From the NCBI RefSeq assembly GCF_046105845.1, contig NZ_CP151004.1: a DNA stretch of 64,000 nucleotides, one strand, 5' to 3'. A model generated the notes under the pieces. The model saw nothing but the letters and a program-made list of their open reading frames with translations. It did not search any database and was not told the DNA's origin. Position numbers and translations under genes: made by a program. This document shows positions 33,082 through 45,413 of the stretch, piece by piece (the stretch's first letter is position 1; each line of letters opens with the position of its first letter). The stretch is from Escherichia coli. Its GTDB lineage: Bacteria; Pseudomonadota; Gammaproteobacteria; Enterobacterales; Enterobacteriaceae.

Positions 33082-34574
33082 AATGTGTGCTCCTTGATGC
33101 GGGCGTGATAACCCTGAAGTGCGGCAATGAGATGCTGATAACGTTGATATTTTTGTTGATAAAGCTGATGGGCGGTCATATCCGGCAGCAGTGTGCGCAC
33201 CGGGTGCTGCAAGTCACGTTGGGCTTCGCTGAAATCGCGATAAACCCCGGTGCCGACGCTGGCGGCAAGCGCCGCGCCAAAACAGCCGGTTTCTTCCACC
33301 TGCGGCAGTTCGATACGCAGCCCGCTGACGTCCGCCAGCATTTGCATCCAGACATCGGAATGCGCCGGGCCGCCAGTGACGCGCAGGGTGTGCACATCAG
33401 TAAAACGTTCGCGCATTCGGTTGAGATGGGTCATATGGCTGAACACCACGCCTTCATAAATGGCCTGCAACAGGTGTGCGCGGGTGTGAATGGCCTGCAT
33501 CCCGTAGAAACCGCTGGTCATCTCGAGTCCGGCGTTGCTGCCGTACAGGAACGGCAGGAAAAAGAGATCGCCCCCAGCCTTCGGCAAGCTGGCAACGGCC
33601 TGGTTGATCTCTGCAAATGAGATTTCTCCCCACTGTGCGGTAAACCATTCGAGGTTGCCGGAAGAGGTGGGGCTGGCTTCGTGAACGATAAATTGACCAT
33701 CGTTAACGTAGCGACCATAGACATACGGATGCGCTTCACCGTCACGTAAACCACGGGTTATGCCGCTGGTCACCGCCCAGGTGCCCATCACCGCATTAAG
33801 GGTAAATTCGTCTTCGATCCCGGCACAGAGTGCGGTGGAAACCACATCAAACAGGCCGCCGACAACGGGCGTGCCCGCTTTCAGACCGGTCAGTGCGGCT
33901 GTCTGAGCGGTGATCTCCCCGCAGATTTCGGCAGATCCGACAACAGGCGGCAGGGCGTGGTTGATTTCAGCGATCCCAAGCCAGTCGGTGAGGCACGGGT
34001 CATATTCCCCAAGACTCATGTTGTAGAGATTGGACTCAGAAATATTGCTCTCTTCGCAACCTTTGACGCCGGTTAAACACCAGCGCAGGTAGTCGTGCGT
34101 CATCATCACGCAGCCAATTTGCGCGTAGCGTTCCGGTTCGTGCTCTTTCAGCCAGCGTAACAGCGACACCGGATGCCCGGTCCACAAGGTTTGTCGGGTC
34201 AGCGGGTAGAGTTTTTCCGGGATGCCATCTTCCTGCCAGCGACGAACGATTTCCATCGCCCGGCGATCCGAGGACAAAATGGCGTTACCGAGCGGCTTGT
34301 TGTTTTTATCCAGCAAAAACAAGCCCTTTCCCTGCGCGGAGATGCCGATACCGACAATTTGTTCCCCGCTGACGCCGGAATGGGTAAGCAGGGCGCGAAT
34401 GACAGCCATGCAGCATTGCCACAGCTCTGCCATGTCGCGCTCTGCCCAGCCTGGCTGTGGACTTAATGCGCACAGCGGCAGGCGCTGCACGCCCGCCTCC
34501 CGGCCTTCTCGGTCATACAGCCCGGCTTTCAGCCAGCTACCGCCACAATCTAACCCCAGCCAGTATTGCGTCAT
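33078..34574 (-). CDS. lyxK: L-xylulose kinase
   Basis: 498-aa FGGY-family kinase MTQYWLGLDCGGSWLKAGLYD... Confidence 0.9.
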   Translation of the reverse strand: MTQYWLGLDCGGSWLKAGLYDREGREAGVQRLPLCALSPQPGWAERDMAELWQCCMAVIRALLTHSGVSGEQIVGIGISAQGKGLFLLDKNNKPLGNAILSSDRRAMEIVRRWQEDGIPEKLYPLTRQTLWTGHPVSLLRWLKEHEPERYAQIGCVMMTHDYLRWCLTGVKGCEESNISESNLYNMSLGEYDPCLTDWLGIAEINHALPPVVGSAEICGEITAQTAALTGLKAGTPVVGGLFDVVSTALCAGIEDEFTLNAVMGTWAVTSGITRGLRDGEAHPYVYGRYVNDGQFIVHEASPTSSGNLEWFTAQWGEISFAEINQAVASLPKAGGDLFFLPFLYGSNAGLEMTSGFYGMQAIHTRAHLLQAIYEGVVFSHMTHLNRMRERFTDVHTLRVTGGPAHSDVWMQMLADVSGLRIELPQVEETGCFGAALAASVGTGVYRDFSEAQRDLQHPVRTLLPDMTAHQLYQQKYQRYQHLIAALQGYHARIKEHTL

Positions 34575-34577
34575 GGT

Positions 34578-35564
34578 TTATTGCACCTCATCCACGGCTT
34601 TCAGCAGATCAGCTCCCTGCGGCACATCTTTAACAAACATGTCGCGAACCTGATTCCCCAGTGCGTCGCTAAAGGCTTTGCGGTCGAGATCGGTGATGAC
34701 TTCCACGCCCGCTTCTTTCATGCCATCGATGATTTTTTGCTGATCTTCGGCAACCAGTTTGCGCTGGTAGTTACCCGCTTCCTGCGCAGATGAGATCAGC
34801 GCCTGCTGGAACTCCGGGGTTAAGCCGTCAAACTTCGCTTTGTTGATCACCACCAGAAGCGGGGAGTAGGCGTGGTGCGTCAGAGAAAGGTACTTCTGTA
34901 CTTCGAAAAATTTTGCTGACCAGACGACGTTGATCGGGTGTTCCTGAGCGTCGATAGTGCGCGTTTCCAGCCCGGTATAGACTTCGGCAAACGGCATCGG
35001 GATCGGGTTAGCGCCAAAGACTTTGAATGCGGCGATATTCATCGGGCTATTGTTGGTGCGAATTTTCAGCCCTTTCAGGTCGGCGGGGGTTTTAACCGGT
35101 GCGCGCGAGTTGGTGACATCGCGCCAGCCGTTTTCCCAGTAGGCAAGTACTTTCAGTCCTTTACCTTCAAGTGATGCTTTCAAATCATCACCGACTTTGC
35201 CGTCGAGCGTTTTATGCGCGTGAGCGGTATCGCGGAACAGGAAAGGGACATCAAGCAAGTTCATCACTGGTGATAACCCGGCAAAGTTATTCGAGCCGGA
35301 CATTTCCATATCGATGGTGCCGCCACGTACGCCGCTGATCATCGCCTGCGCGTTACCGAGAGTGCTGTCCGGGAACAGTTTTAATTTCAGCTCGCCTTTG
35401 GTTCTCTCCTGCAATAAATCATTGAATTTTTTCGCCGCAATATGTTGCGAGTCGGTTTGTGAGGTTTCATAACCGAAACGTAAAGACTGCGCCGCCATTG
35501 AAGATGTACTAAATGCAGCCAGGCCAGCAATGAATAATGCGTAGGTTACAGAGCGTAATTTCAT
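34578..35564 (-). CDS. yiaO: TRAP transporter substrate-binding protein (2,3-diketo-L-gulonate)
   Basis: 328 aa with signal peptide; DctP-type periplasmic binding protein. Confidence 0.9.
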   Translation of the reverse strand: MKLRSVTYALFIAGLAAFSTSSMAAQSLRFGYETSQTDSQHIAAKKFNDLLQERTKGELKLKLFPDSTLGNAQAMISGVRGGTIDMEMSGSNNFAGLSPVMNLLDVPFLFRDTAHAHKTLDGKVGDDLKASLEGKGLKVLAYWENGWRDVTNSRAPVKTPADLKGLKIRTNNSPMNIAAFKVFGANPIPMPFAEVYTGLETRTIDAQEHPINVVWSAKFFEVQKYLSLTHHAYSPLLVVINKAKFDGLTPEFQQALISSAQEAGNYQRKLVAEDQQKIIDGMKEAGVEVITDLDRKAFSDALGNQVRDMFVKDVPQGADLLKAVDEVQ

Positions 35565-35576
35565 AATATTTTCCTT

Positions 35577-36854
35577 TTAATTAATCCATTTCAAAGGGAG
35601 GATGATGAGATCGGGAATAAAAACAAATACGACTAATAATGAATATAAAACCAGGACGTAAGGGAAAACGCCTCTGACTGCATCATCGAATTTGAGTTTT
35701 GCCACCCCTGAAATAACGTTAAGCACATTACCGATAGGCGGTGTAATTAAGCCGATTGAGCAGTTAATGATAAACATGACACCGAAATAAATCGGATCGA
35801 TTCCTGCCTCTTTAACTAAAGGCATTAATACCGGGGTAAGAATTAATACCGTCGGCGTTAAATCCATGACCATGCCGACAATCAGGATAGCCACCATAAT
35901 GACGATAAACAGCAGACGCGGTGAATCGACCAGCGGTTGCAGTAAATCAGAAACCATCATCGGCAGTTCAGCAATGGTGATCAGCCAGGCGGAAACTTGT
36001 GCCGAGGCCACCAGAAACATCACCACTGAGGTCGTTTTCGCTGCGCCAATGAGCACATGCCAAAGTGTGGCGAAGGTCATTTCACGGTAAATAACTGTGG
36101 CGACAAACAGCGCATAGAAAGCAGCAACGGCCCCGGCTTCGGTAGGGGTAAACAGACCGGAGCGAAACCCGCCAATAATGATGACTGGAAGAAACAGCGC
36201 CCAGATACCGGAGACAAAAGAGTGCCAGATTTCCTGCATCGTTGCTTTTTGCTGGCGGGGTAAATTAAGGCGACTGGCCTGCCACCACCAGGTAAGCATC
36301 AGCGTTGCGCCCATCATCATGCCAGGGGCAATGCCCGCCATAAACAGCTTACTGATGGATAATCCGCTGGAAACGCCGAAAATAATAAACGGAATGGAAG
36401 GGGGAATAATTGGCGCGATAATGCCGCCAGAGGCAATCAGCCCCGCCGCCCGGTTGACCGGGTAGTTGGCGCTGCGCATCATCGGCACCAGTAGAGCGGC
36501 AACGGCGGCGGTATCCGCAACGGCAGAACCAGAAAGGCTTGCCATAATCATAGCCGCCAGCACGCCGACGTAGCCCAGCCCGCCTGGTTTATGCCCCACC
36601 AGTTTCATCGGCAGGTCAACAATGCGTTTTGACAAGCCGCCCGCATTCATGATTTCACCCGCCAGCACAAAGAACGGAATCGCCAGCAGGGAGAAGCTGT
36701 CGGCTCCGTTCACCAGCGTTTGTGCCATGATCTGGACATCAAACATATCCAGCCAGAACATTAACGCCGCCCCGCACAACAAAAGTGCCCAGGCAATAGG
36801 CAAACCGATAGCAATGCCACCCAACAGGCAGCCCAGAAAAATCAGCACAGCCAT
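35577..36854 (-). CDS. yiaN: TRAP transporter large permease
   Basis: 425-aa polytopic DctM-type membrane protein. Confidence 0.9.
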   Translation of the reverse strand: MAVLIFLGCLLGGIAIGLPIAWALLLCGAALMFWLDMFDVQIMAQTLVNGADSFSLLAIPFFVLAGEIMNAGGLSKRIVDLPMKLVGHKPGGLGYVGVLAAMIMASLSGSAVADTAAVAALLVPMMRSANYPVNRAAGLIASGGIIAPIIPPSIPFIIFGVSSGLSISKLFMAGIAPGMMMGATLMLTWWWQASRLNLPRQQKATMQEIWHSFVSGIWALFLPVIIIGGFRSGLFTPTEAGAVAAFYALFVATVIYREMTFATLWHVLIGAAKTTSVVMFLVASAQVSAWLITIAELPMMVSDLLQPLVDSPRLLFIVIMVAILIVGMVMDLTPTVLILTPVLMPLVKEAGIDPIYFGVMFIINCSIGLITPPIGNVLNVISGVAKLKFDDAVRGVFPYVLVLYSLLVVFVFIPDLIILPLKWIN

Positions 36855-36856
36855 GA

Positions 36857-37330
36857 TTAAGCTCCTTGCGGTGGCGGAGTTAGAGAATTACTACGCGTGA
36901 TGAGTTGATATAAATGACGCAGTTCAAAGAATGCGATAACGAGGCTGGTGGGCAGACAAGCGGCATACATCAGGCCGATAGGCAAACCGAGGATCGGTGA
37001 ATAATCGCTCCAGTCCTGAATTGTTTTTAGCGTTGCGCCCCAGGCCAGTGCGCCACAAATAAATAAGATTAAGGAATGGGTAACCAGAGCGACTCGTCGC
37101 TGCCATGCGGGGGAGAGTTTCTCCACCAGAAAGGTGACCTGAACGTGGGCGTTATCCATAAAAGCCACAATCGCGCCAATAAATGTTAACCAGACAAATA
37201 AATAACGTGACAATTCATCTACAGATAAAATGCTTGTCTGAAAACCATATCTTAAAATAATGTTTATAAACACAATACAGGAAAGTACGGCGAGATTAAT
37301 CGCCAGTATTGCTTCAAGTATTTTTTTCAT
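36857..37330 (-). CDS. yiaM: TRAP transporter small permease
   Basis: 157-aa DctQ-type four-TM protein. Confidence 0.85.
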   Translation of the reverse strand: MKKILEAILAINLAVLSCIVFINIILRYGFQTSILSVDELSRYLFVWLTFIGAIVAFMDNAHVQVTFLVEKLSPAWQRRVALVTHSLILFICGALAWGATLKTIQDWSDYSPILGLPIGLMYAACLPTSLVIAFFELRHLYQLITRSNSLTPPPQGA

Positions 37331-37447
37331 AGCTATTCCTTGAGGCTATGTCTGTCATAATTCAAGTTGCATGTGCAGCAACCTAAATTATTAATATAGT
37401 TAGAGCAATAACATTACCCAGGCGTTCTGGCGTAGACGATTATTCGA

Positions 37448-38924
<1,477 letters not shown>

Positions 38925-39125
38925 CCCTGGCTTCCTTGTTTTTTTTGATCGCTTTTTTGGCTTAAAATTTCAATATGCGAAATCTGATTTCAAATATATC
39001 GATCGCTTTTTAACAAAGCAATCTGATTGATGAATTTCAAAAAACTTAAAAATCAAGTGGTTATAAATTATCTGTCGAGATCGTGAACTACGACACACTT
39101 TGCGCTACCATCAGGACGCGACAAA

Positions 39126-39974
39126 ATGGGGAAAGAAGTGATGGGAAAAAAAGAGAACGAGATGGCGCAGGAAAAAGAGCGTCCAGCCGGAAGCCAGAGT
39201 CTGTTTCGCGGGTTGATGCTGATTGAGATTTTGAGCAACTATCCAAACGGTTGTCCGTTGGCGCATCTTTCGGAACTGGCTGGTTTAAATAAGAGTACCG
39301 TCCATCGCTTATTGCAGGGATTACAGTCCTGCGGCTATGTGACCACCGCGCCCGCCGCAGGGAGTTACCGCCTGACTACCAAATTTATTGCCGTCGGGCA
39401 GAAGGCGCTGTCTTCGCTGAATATCATTCATATCGCCGCTCCGCATCTTGAGGCACTGAACATCGCCACTGGTGAAACCATTAACTTCTCCAGCCGCGAA
39501 GACGATCACGCTATTTTGATTTATAAGCTGGAACCCACAACCGGGATGCTGCGAACCCGTGCCTATATAGGCCAGCATATGCCGCTCTACTGTTCCGCAA
39601 TGGGCAAGATCTACATGGCGTTTGGTCACCCGGACTACGTGAAGTCATACTGGGAAAGCCATCAGCATGAGATCCAGCCGTTAACCCGCAATACCATTAC
39701 CGAGCTGCCCGCGATGTTCGACGAACTGGCGCACATTCGTGAAAGCGGAGCGGCGATGGACAGAGAAGAAAACGAACTCGGCGTCTCCTGTATTGCTGTT
39801 CCGGTGTTTGATATTCATGGGCGGGTGCCGTACGCCGTGTCGATTTCTCTTTCGACATCACGTCTGAAACAGGTGGGGGAGAAAAATCTCCTGAAACCAC
39901 TGCGTGAAACCGCGCAGGCTATTTCTAATGAACTGGGATTTACTGTCAGGGACGACCAGGGCGCGATCACATAA
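39126..39974 (+). CDS. yiaJ: IclR-family repressor of the yiaK-S operon
   Basis: 282-aa ORF with N-terminal HTH and C-terminal IclR effector domain; divergent from yiaK. Confidence 0.9.
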   Translation: MGKEVMGKKENEMAQEKERPAGSQSLFRGLMLIEILSNYPNGCPLAHLSELAGLNKSTVHRLLQGLQSCGYVTTAPAAGSYRLTTKFIAVGQKALSSLNIIHIAAPHLEALNIATGETINFSSREDDHAILIYKLEPTTGMLRTRAYIGQHMPLYCSAMGKIYMAFGHPDYVKSYWESHQHEIQPLTRNTITELPAMFDELAHIRESGAAMDREENELGVSCIAVPVFDIHGRVPYAVSISLSTSRLKQVGEKNLLKPLRETAQAISNELGFTVRDDQGAIT

Positions 39975-40075
39975 CCCTTTGGACAAGTGCCAAAACTTTA
40001 ACATTTCCTTCGTTGGATCAAAGCAGTAGAGACGCGCTCTCTGGCACTCTGCTGTTTTAGTGCAAAGGAGTGATC

Positions 40076-40549
40076 ATGAACCGGTTTATTATTGCGGATG
40101 CGACGAAATGTATCGGTTGCCGTACCTGTGAAGTGGCTTGCGCAGTGTCGCATCAGGAGAATCAGGATTGCGCTGCGTTGTCACCAGACGAGTTTATTTC
40201 CCGTATTCGTGTTATTAAAGACCACAGCTGGACCACGGCTGTAGCCTGCCATCAATGTGAAGATGCACCGTGCGCGAATGTCTGCCCTGTTGACGCGATA
40301 AGCCGCGAACATGGGCATATTTTCGTTGAACAATCACGTTGCATTGGCTGTAAAAGCTGTATGCTGGCTTGCCCGTTTGGTGCGATGGAGGTCGTTTCTT
40401 CGCGCAAAAAGGCGAGGGCGATTAAGTGCGATCTGTGCTGGCATCGGGCGACGGGACCGGCCTGTGTTGAAGCCTGCCCGACAAAGGCGTTGCAGTGCAT
40501 GGATGTCGAGAAAGTGCAGCGACATCGGCTACGGCAGCAGCCTGTTTGA
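40076..40549 (+). CDS. ysaA: 4Fe-4S ferredoxin-type protein
   Basis: 157 aa from MNRFIIADATKCIGCRTCEVACA; several CxxCxxCxxxCP cluster motifs. Confidence 0.85.
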   Translation: MNRFIIADATKCIGCRTCEVACAVSHQENQDCAALSPDEFISRIRVIKDHSWTTAVACHQCEDAPCANVCPVDAISREHGHIFVEQSRCIGCKSCMLACPFGAMEVVSSRKKARAIKCDLCWHRATGPACVEACPTKALQCMDVEKVQRHRLRQQPV

Positions 40550-40596
40550 AACGTTTTTCCGGCGTTTCTCAACGCCGGGATAGTGCGCTTTGTTTA

Positions 40597-40694
40597 TGCC
40601 GGATGCGGCTAAAACGCCTTATCCGGCCTACAAATTCTACCAAATTCAATATATTGCAGAAATCATGTAGGCCTGATAAGCGTAGCGCATCAGG
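40597..40694. repeat. REP/BIME element (two inverted REP units)
   Basis: gccggatgcggctaaaacgccttatccggcctac and gtaggcctgataagcgtagcgcatcaggc between ysaA and avtA. Confidence 0.7.
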
Positions 40695-40700
40695 CAATTT

Positions 40701-41954
40701 TTAGTGACTTTCAGCCCAGGCTATTTCTATCTCTTCTGCCAGAATCTTCACACCCGCCTCAATTTTCTCCGGCTCCGGCACGTAGTTCATGCGCATACAT
40801 TGATGTGTATGTGGCCACGGTTTATCCAGCCCTGGGAAGAAGTTGTGCCCCGGCACCATCAGCACGCCCCGTGCTTTCAGGCGCTGGTAGAGCTGCTCGG
40901 TCGTAATTGGCAAATCCTTAAACCATAGCCAGAGGAAAATGGCTCCTTCGGGTTTATGAATCAGGCAGCGATCTTCCGGTAAATAGCGGCGAATGATAGC
41001 GATAGTTTCCTGAACACGCTGGTAGTAAAACGGTTTGATGACTGTTTCAGACAGGCGCAGCAGATCGTTACGCTTAATCATTTCACACATCATCGCCGGA
41101 CCAATACCGCCAGGTGCCAGGCTGATAATGCCGTTCATATTGGTGATGGCGGTGATGATTTTTTCATTGGCGATGATAATGCCGCAGCGGGAGCCAGGTA
41201 GCCCCAGCTTGGAAAGACTCATGCACAGTACGATATTCGGATTCCACAGCGGGCGCGCTTCGCTGAAGATGATACCCGGGAACGGGACGCCATAAGCGTT
41301 ATCAATCACCAGCGGAATGCCGTGTTGATTCGCCAGCGCGTCAAGCTTCAGCAACTCTTCGTCAGTAATCACATTGCCTGTTGGATTCGTCGGCCGGGAG
41401 ACGCAAATCATCCCGGTTTCTTCGCCAATATGCAGATGCTCAAAATCGACGTGGTATTTAAACTGGCCTTCCGGCAGCAGTTCAATATTCGGACGCGCAG
41501 AGACAAACAGATCTTCTTCCAGTCCGGCGTCAGCGTAGCCAATGTATTCCGGTGCCAGCGGAAACAGCACTTTTTTGACCCGACCATCGGCACGGCGTCC
41601 GGCGAACAGATTAAATAAGTAGAAAAACGCGCTCTGGCTGCCGTTTGTTAGTGCAATATTCTGTGGTTCGATATCCCAACCCAACTTATCGCGCAGCATT
41701 CCGGCAAGCAGTGTGAGTAGCTCCGTTTTCCCCTGTGGACCGTCGTAATTGCACAGTGCATCAGTCGCTTTGCCACTTTCCAGCATGTCGGTCAGTAGCG
41801 TCTGGAAGTAGTCCTGCATTTCCGGGATCTGCGCTGGATTACCGCCGCCGAGCATAATCGCGCCAGGCGTGCGTAAACCGTCGTTCAGATCTTCCATCAG
41901 CAGCGTAATGCCGGAGTGGCGGGTAAATTTGTCACCAAAAAGGGAGAATGTCAT
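40701..41954 (-). CDS. avtA: valine--pyruvate aminotransferase
   Basis: 417 aa from MTFSLFGDKFTRHSGITLLMEDL; the ORF track begins at an upstream TTG. Confidence 0.9.
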   Translation of the reverse strand: MTFSLFGDKFTRHSGITLLMEDLNDGLRTPGAIMLGGGNPAQIPEMQDYFQTLLTDMLESGKATDALCNYDGPQGKTELLTLLAGMLRDKLGWDIEPQNIALTNGSQSAFFYLFNLFAGRRADGRVKKVLFPLAPEYIGYADAGLEEDLFVSARPNIELLPEGQFKYHVDFEHLHIGEETGMICVSRPTNPTGNVITDEELLKLDALANQHGIPLVIDNAYGVPFPGIIFSEARPLWNPNIVLCMSLSKLGLPGSRCGIIIANEKIITAITNMNGIISLAPGGIGPAMMCEMIKRNDLLRLSETVIKPFYYQRVQETIAIIRRYLPEDRCLIHKPEGAIFLWLWFKDLPITTEQLYQRLKARGVLMVPGHNFFPGLDKPWPHTHQCMRMNYVPEPEKIEAGVKILAEEIEIAWAESH

Positions 41955-42131
41955 AGCGGGATATCTGTCGAACTCTGTAGCAAGGAAGGTAACAATAACG
42001 CTACATTTGCTGGGGTGCAAATCGCTCTGTTGAAGAGGGAGCGGTGCTTTATCCTGCAACGCTGATTAAAGCTGACATTTTATCCTGGTTGGCGGCTTCC
42101 CGAGGTACTGACGAACGGGAAGCCGGAAAAG

Positions 42132-44162
42132 TCACTGTTGCCCAGCCCAGATGACCAGCACTTTATCGTCGCCATGCTCACGAACAAAGCCGTAGCCCTG
42201 CTTCAGTGAAAGTGTCGTTTGTTTGCCCGCGCCAATTGCGGGATGGCGGGCGCGGAACTGGCTGATTTTCTGCCAGTGCGCGACGCTGGCGGCAGATTTA
42301 CCGCTAACATCCTGCCAGTTCATATCCGAACGCGTACCTTGCAGCGGATCCGAACCGGTGGGGCCGAACGGACGCGAGGATTCATCACCATAAAAGATTT
42401 GTACCGCGCCTGGCGCTAATAATAATAACTCTGCTGCTTTGTCGCCCCCTTCACGGAACAGGCGGGTATCATGCGATGAGAGGTAGCTCAACACGTTGAA
42501 ATCCTGCAATTTCTCCGCCATTTGCTGCCAGGTAGTATCCATCTGCGCCAGACAATCGACTGCTTTCGCCGCCTGCTCCTGATAATCGAAATTGATCATC
42601 GCATCGAAGCCGTGGCGATAGTAGTCACTTTGCATCACGCCGTGGCCCCAGGCTTCACCGGTCATCCAGAAAGGTTTGTCATCTAATGCTTTGTCGGGGT
42701 TAGCTTTTTTCCATTCGCGAAGCGCGGCGCGGGCTTCGGTTTTCAGTTGCTGCCAGGCGGGCAACTCAACATGTTTGGCGGTGTCGACCCGAAAACCATC
42801 AATCCCATAGTCGCGGACCCACTGACTTAACCAGTGGGTTAAGTAATCGCGAGGGGTAAAGCCGTCGATGACTTTAGCGTGGGTATCCGTTTTGTTTTTA
42901 TAGAACACCGGCAGACCAGAAGCGGTCGTTGATTCGGTTTTGATATCCGGCAAAAAGGCCAGCGACATAGTGAGATCGTCGAATCCAGGATTGTCGTAAT
43001 CGCCGATATCGGTTCTGATCCAGTTTTTTCCCCACCATTTATCCCAGCCTGTTTTGTCGCTGAAATTAATGTAATCGTTAAAGCTATGCCAGGTTTGCCC
43101 GGCGGCAGGTTTCCAGTCGCTCCAGCGTTCACCCAACGTTTTTTTCACTTCGTCACCAGAAAGATATAACGCGCCAAACTGATACTCCTGCATATCCGCC
43201 AGCGTGGCATAGCCAGTGTGGTTCATCACGACATCAAAGAGAATACGAATACCGCGCTGATGCGCGCTATCAACCAGCGTCCGTAGATCGGCTTCGCTGC
43301 CCATATTGGCATCAAGGTTCGTCCAGTCCTGTGTGTAATAACCGTGGTAGGCATAATGCGGGAAATCACCTTTTGTACCGCCGCCGACCCAGCCGTGAAT
43401 TTGCTCAAATGGGGCACTTATCCATAAAGCATTGACGCCCAGCTGCTGGAGGTAATCCAGTTTGTTGGTCAGGCCGCGTAAATCGCCGCCGTGAAAAGTG
43501 CCAATTTCTGCCATACCGTCTTTATGACGTCCGTAACTCTGGTCATTACTGGGATCGCCGTTTTCGAAACGATCTGTCAGCACAAAGTAAACCGTGGCGT
43601 TATGCCAGTCGAAAGGGGCAGGGGCGTCAGTTTCTGCCCGTTCCAGCAGGAGTAAACCGTTGCTGGTGGCAGCGGGTTGTAACGTTATTTGACCGTTCTT
43701 CACTATCGCAATTTGCTGGCTGTAATAATCCCGGACTGCGGCTCCCTCCGGAAAAGTGGCGCTGACATCCAGTGTGAGCGGTAATCCATCCCATTTCGGG
43801 CATTCACGGACCAGGCTTGCTACCGGTTCGACGGCGTTCTGGATGGAAATCATCAATGTTGGTGTACCGGAGCGGGTGTCTAGTTGCAGCGTATATTCGC
43901 CGTCCCTGAACAATCGCCATTGAGGTGGCGTGTTGCTACAAGGTTGCAGGGAAAGCATCTGATTGAGTTTTATCGCATCCGCAGGCTGCCAGCACTGTTG
44001 GTCAAAATTTAGCGTTAGTGGACGCGTACCTTTGGGCAACTGCGCGTGGCTGACAAATGTTCCCGTCCCCTGTTCGCTAAAGGCGGGAAACCCCGGAGAA
44101 GTCCAGCTGGCGGCAACGGCGAAGCCAGGAAGGAGTGTCAGAAAACAGGCGGCGAGTTTCAT
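42132..44162 (-). CDS. malS: periplasmic alpha-amylase
   Basis: 676 aa with signal peptide MKLAACFLTLLPGFAVA; GH13 catalytic motifs (GFRVDTAKH, FDVVMNH). Confidence 0.9.
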   Translation of the reverse strand: MKLAACFLTLLPGFAVAASWTSPGFPAFSEQGTGTFVSHAQLPKGTRPLTLNFDQQCWQPADAIKLNQMLSLQPCSNTPPQWRLFRDGEYTLQLDTRSGTPTLMISIQNAVEPVASLVRECPKWDGLPLTLDVSATFPEGAAVRDYYSQQIAIVKNGQITLQPAATSNGLLLLERAETDAPAPFDWHNATVYFVLTDRFENGDPSNDQSYGRHKDGMAEIGTFHGGDLRGLTNKLDYLQQLGVNALWISAPFEQIHGWVGGGTKGDFPHYAYHGYYTQDWTNLDANMGSEADLRTLVDSAHQRGIRILFDVVMNHTGYATLADMQEYQFGALYLSGDEVKKTLGERWSDWKPAAGQTWHSFNDYINFSDKTGWDKWWGKNWIRTDIGDYDNPGFDDLTMSLAFLPDIKTESTTASGLPVFYKNKTDTHAKVIDGFTPRDYLTHWLSQWVRDYGIDGFRVDTAKHVELPAWQQLKTEARAALREWKKANPDKALDDKPFWMTGEAWGHGVMQSDYYRHGFDAMINFDYQEQAAKAVDCLAQMDTTWQQMAEKLQDFNVLSYLSSHDTRLFREGGDKAAELLLLAPGAVQIFYGDESSRPFGPTGSDPLQGTRSDMNWQDVSGKSAASVAHWQKISQFRARHPAIGAGKQTTLSLKQGYGFVREHGDDKVLVIWAGQQ

Positions 44163-44481
44163 GGCGGATGAGTCCTTATTGCTGCGATTTCAGACAGTTT
44201 GCCAGCGATAAGCCAGACAAAACTCATCCCTGAGCGGTAAGTCCACAGGATGAGAAGCAAGGGTGAGCGATCGCGCGCAAAAAACGGCTGAATTTTGCGA
44301 TAACCCCCACATTTTCTGCGATTTAGCGCCAATCTGAATCGTTAACACGTGACATAGTTTCAGATTTGGACTATTCCTTGGGGTGCTCTTGACAGCTATT
44401 TTTGATATGATTTGAGATTCAACTCTCAAATTTGTGAAAAATATAAGGTGTTGGAATGATTAAATCCGACCAGGAGACCTG

Positions 44482-45306
44482 ATGATTTTGACTCCCATAC
44501 GACGATATGGGGCGATGATTCTTATGTTACTCACTCTGGTGTTTTCGAGTGAGGTGTTAGCGAAGACGCACACAACAACAGCGAGTCAAAAGTCCCACTT
44601 AACTAAAGCTAGTAATAAACAGGTAAGCAGTAAACAAGAGTATTCTCGCAATAGTGCAAAGAGTAGTTCACTTCCTGATTTGCGAAAATACCCTTCCGGA
44701 ACACCAAGGAAAAAGGCGTTTCTCCGGACTGTAATGCCTTACATTACCAGCCAAAATGCGGCCATTACTGCGGAACGTAACTGGCTGATTTCAAAACAGT
44801 ATCAGGGCCAATGGTCACCTGCTGAGCGTGCGCGTCTGAAAGACATCGCCAAACGCTACAAGGTGAAGTGGTCTGGTAATACGCGAAAAATCCCGTGGAA
44901 TACCTTGCTTGAACGCGTAGACATTATCCCCACCAGTATGGTAGCGACGATGGCTGCAGCAGAAAGCGGTTGGGGAACGTCGAAGCTGGCGCGCAACAAC
45001 AACAATCTGTTCGGCATGAAATGCATGAAAGGACGTTGTACTAATGCGCCGGGTAAAGTGAAGGGGTACTCACAGTTTAGTTCTGTCAAAGAATCGGTGA
45101 GCGCCTATGTTACTAACCTGAATACGCATCCGGCTTACTCTTCGTTCCGTAAATCGCGTGCACAGCTGCGTAAAGCGGATCAGGAAGTGACTGCCACAGC
45201 GATGATTCACAAGCTGAAGGGCTACTCGACCAAAGGGAAGAGTTATAACAACTACCTGTTCGCAATGTACCAGGATAACCAACGGTTAATCGCGGCACAT
45301 ATGTAA
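44482..45306 (+). CDS. bax: Bax protein (glucosaminidase-domain protein)
   Basis: 274-aa ORF with N-terminal signal/TM segment; position between malS and xylR. Confidence 0.8.
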   Translation: MILTPIRRYGAMILMLLTLVFSSEVLAKTHTTTASQKSHLTKASNKQVSSKQEYSRNSAKSSSLPDLRKYPSGTPRKKAFLRTVMPYITSQNAAITAERNWLISKQYQGQWSPAERARLKDIAKRYKVKWSGNTRKIPWNTLLERVDIIPTSMVATMAAAESGWGTSKLARNNNNLFGMKCMKGRCTNAPGKVKGYSQFSSVKESVSAYVTNLNTHPAYSSFRKSRAQLRKADQEVTATAMIHKLKGYSTKGKSYNNYLFAMYQDNQRLIAAHM

Positions 45307-45413
45307 TTGCATTTCCTCGAGCCTTATCCGACTTGTCGGTCGGATAAGGCTTTTGCTCGCATCAGGTGATTGTGCTGAGTTACCTGATGCGACGCCGACA
45401 ATTCTCATCATCG

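Noticed and set aside
44163-44481. GGATGA motifs (possible MalT boxes) in the malS-bax divergent region
   Set aside because: One overlaps the malS RBS and the other is in the wrong orientation and distance for a MalT site by eye; not supportable without a proper scan.
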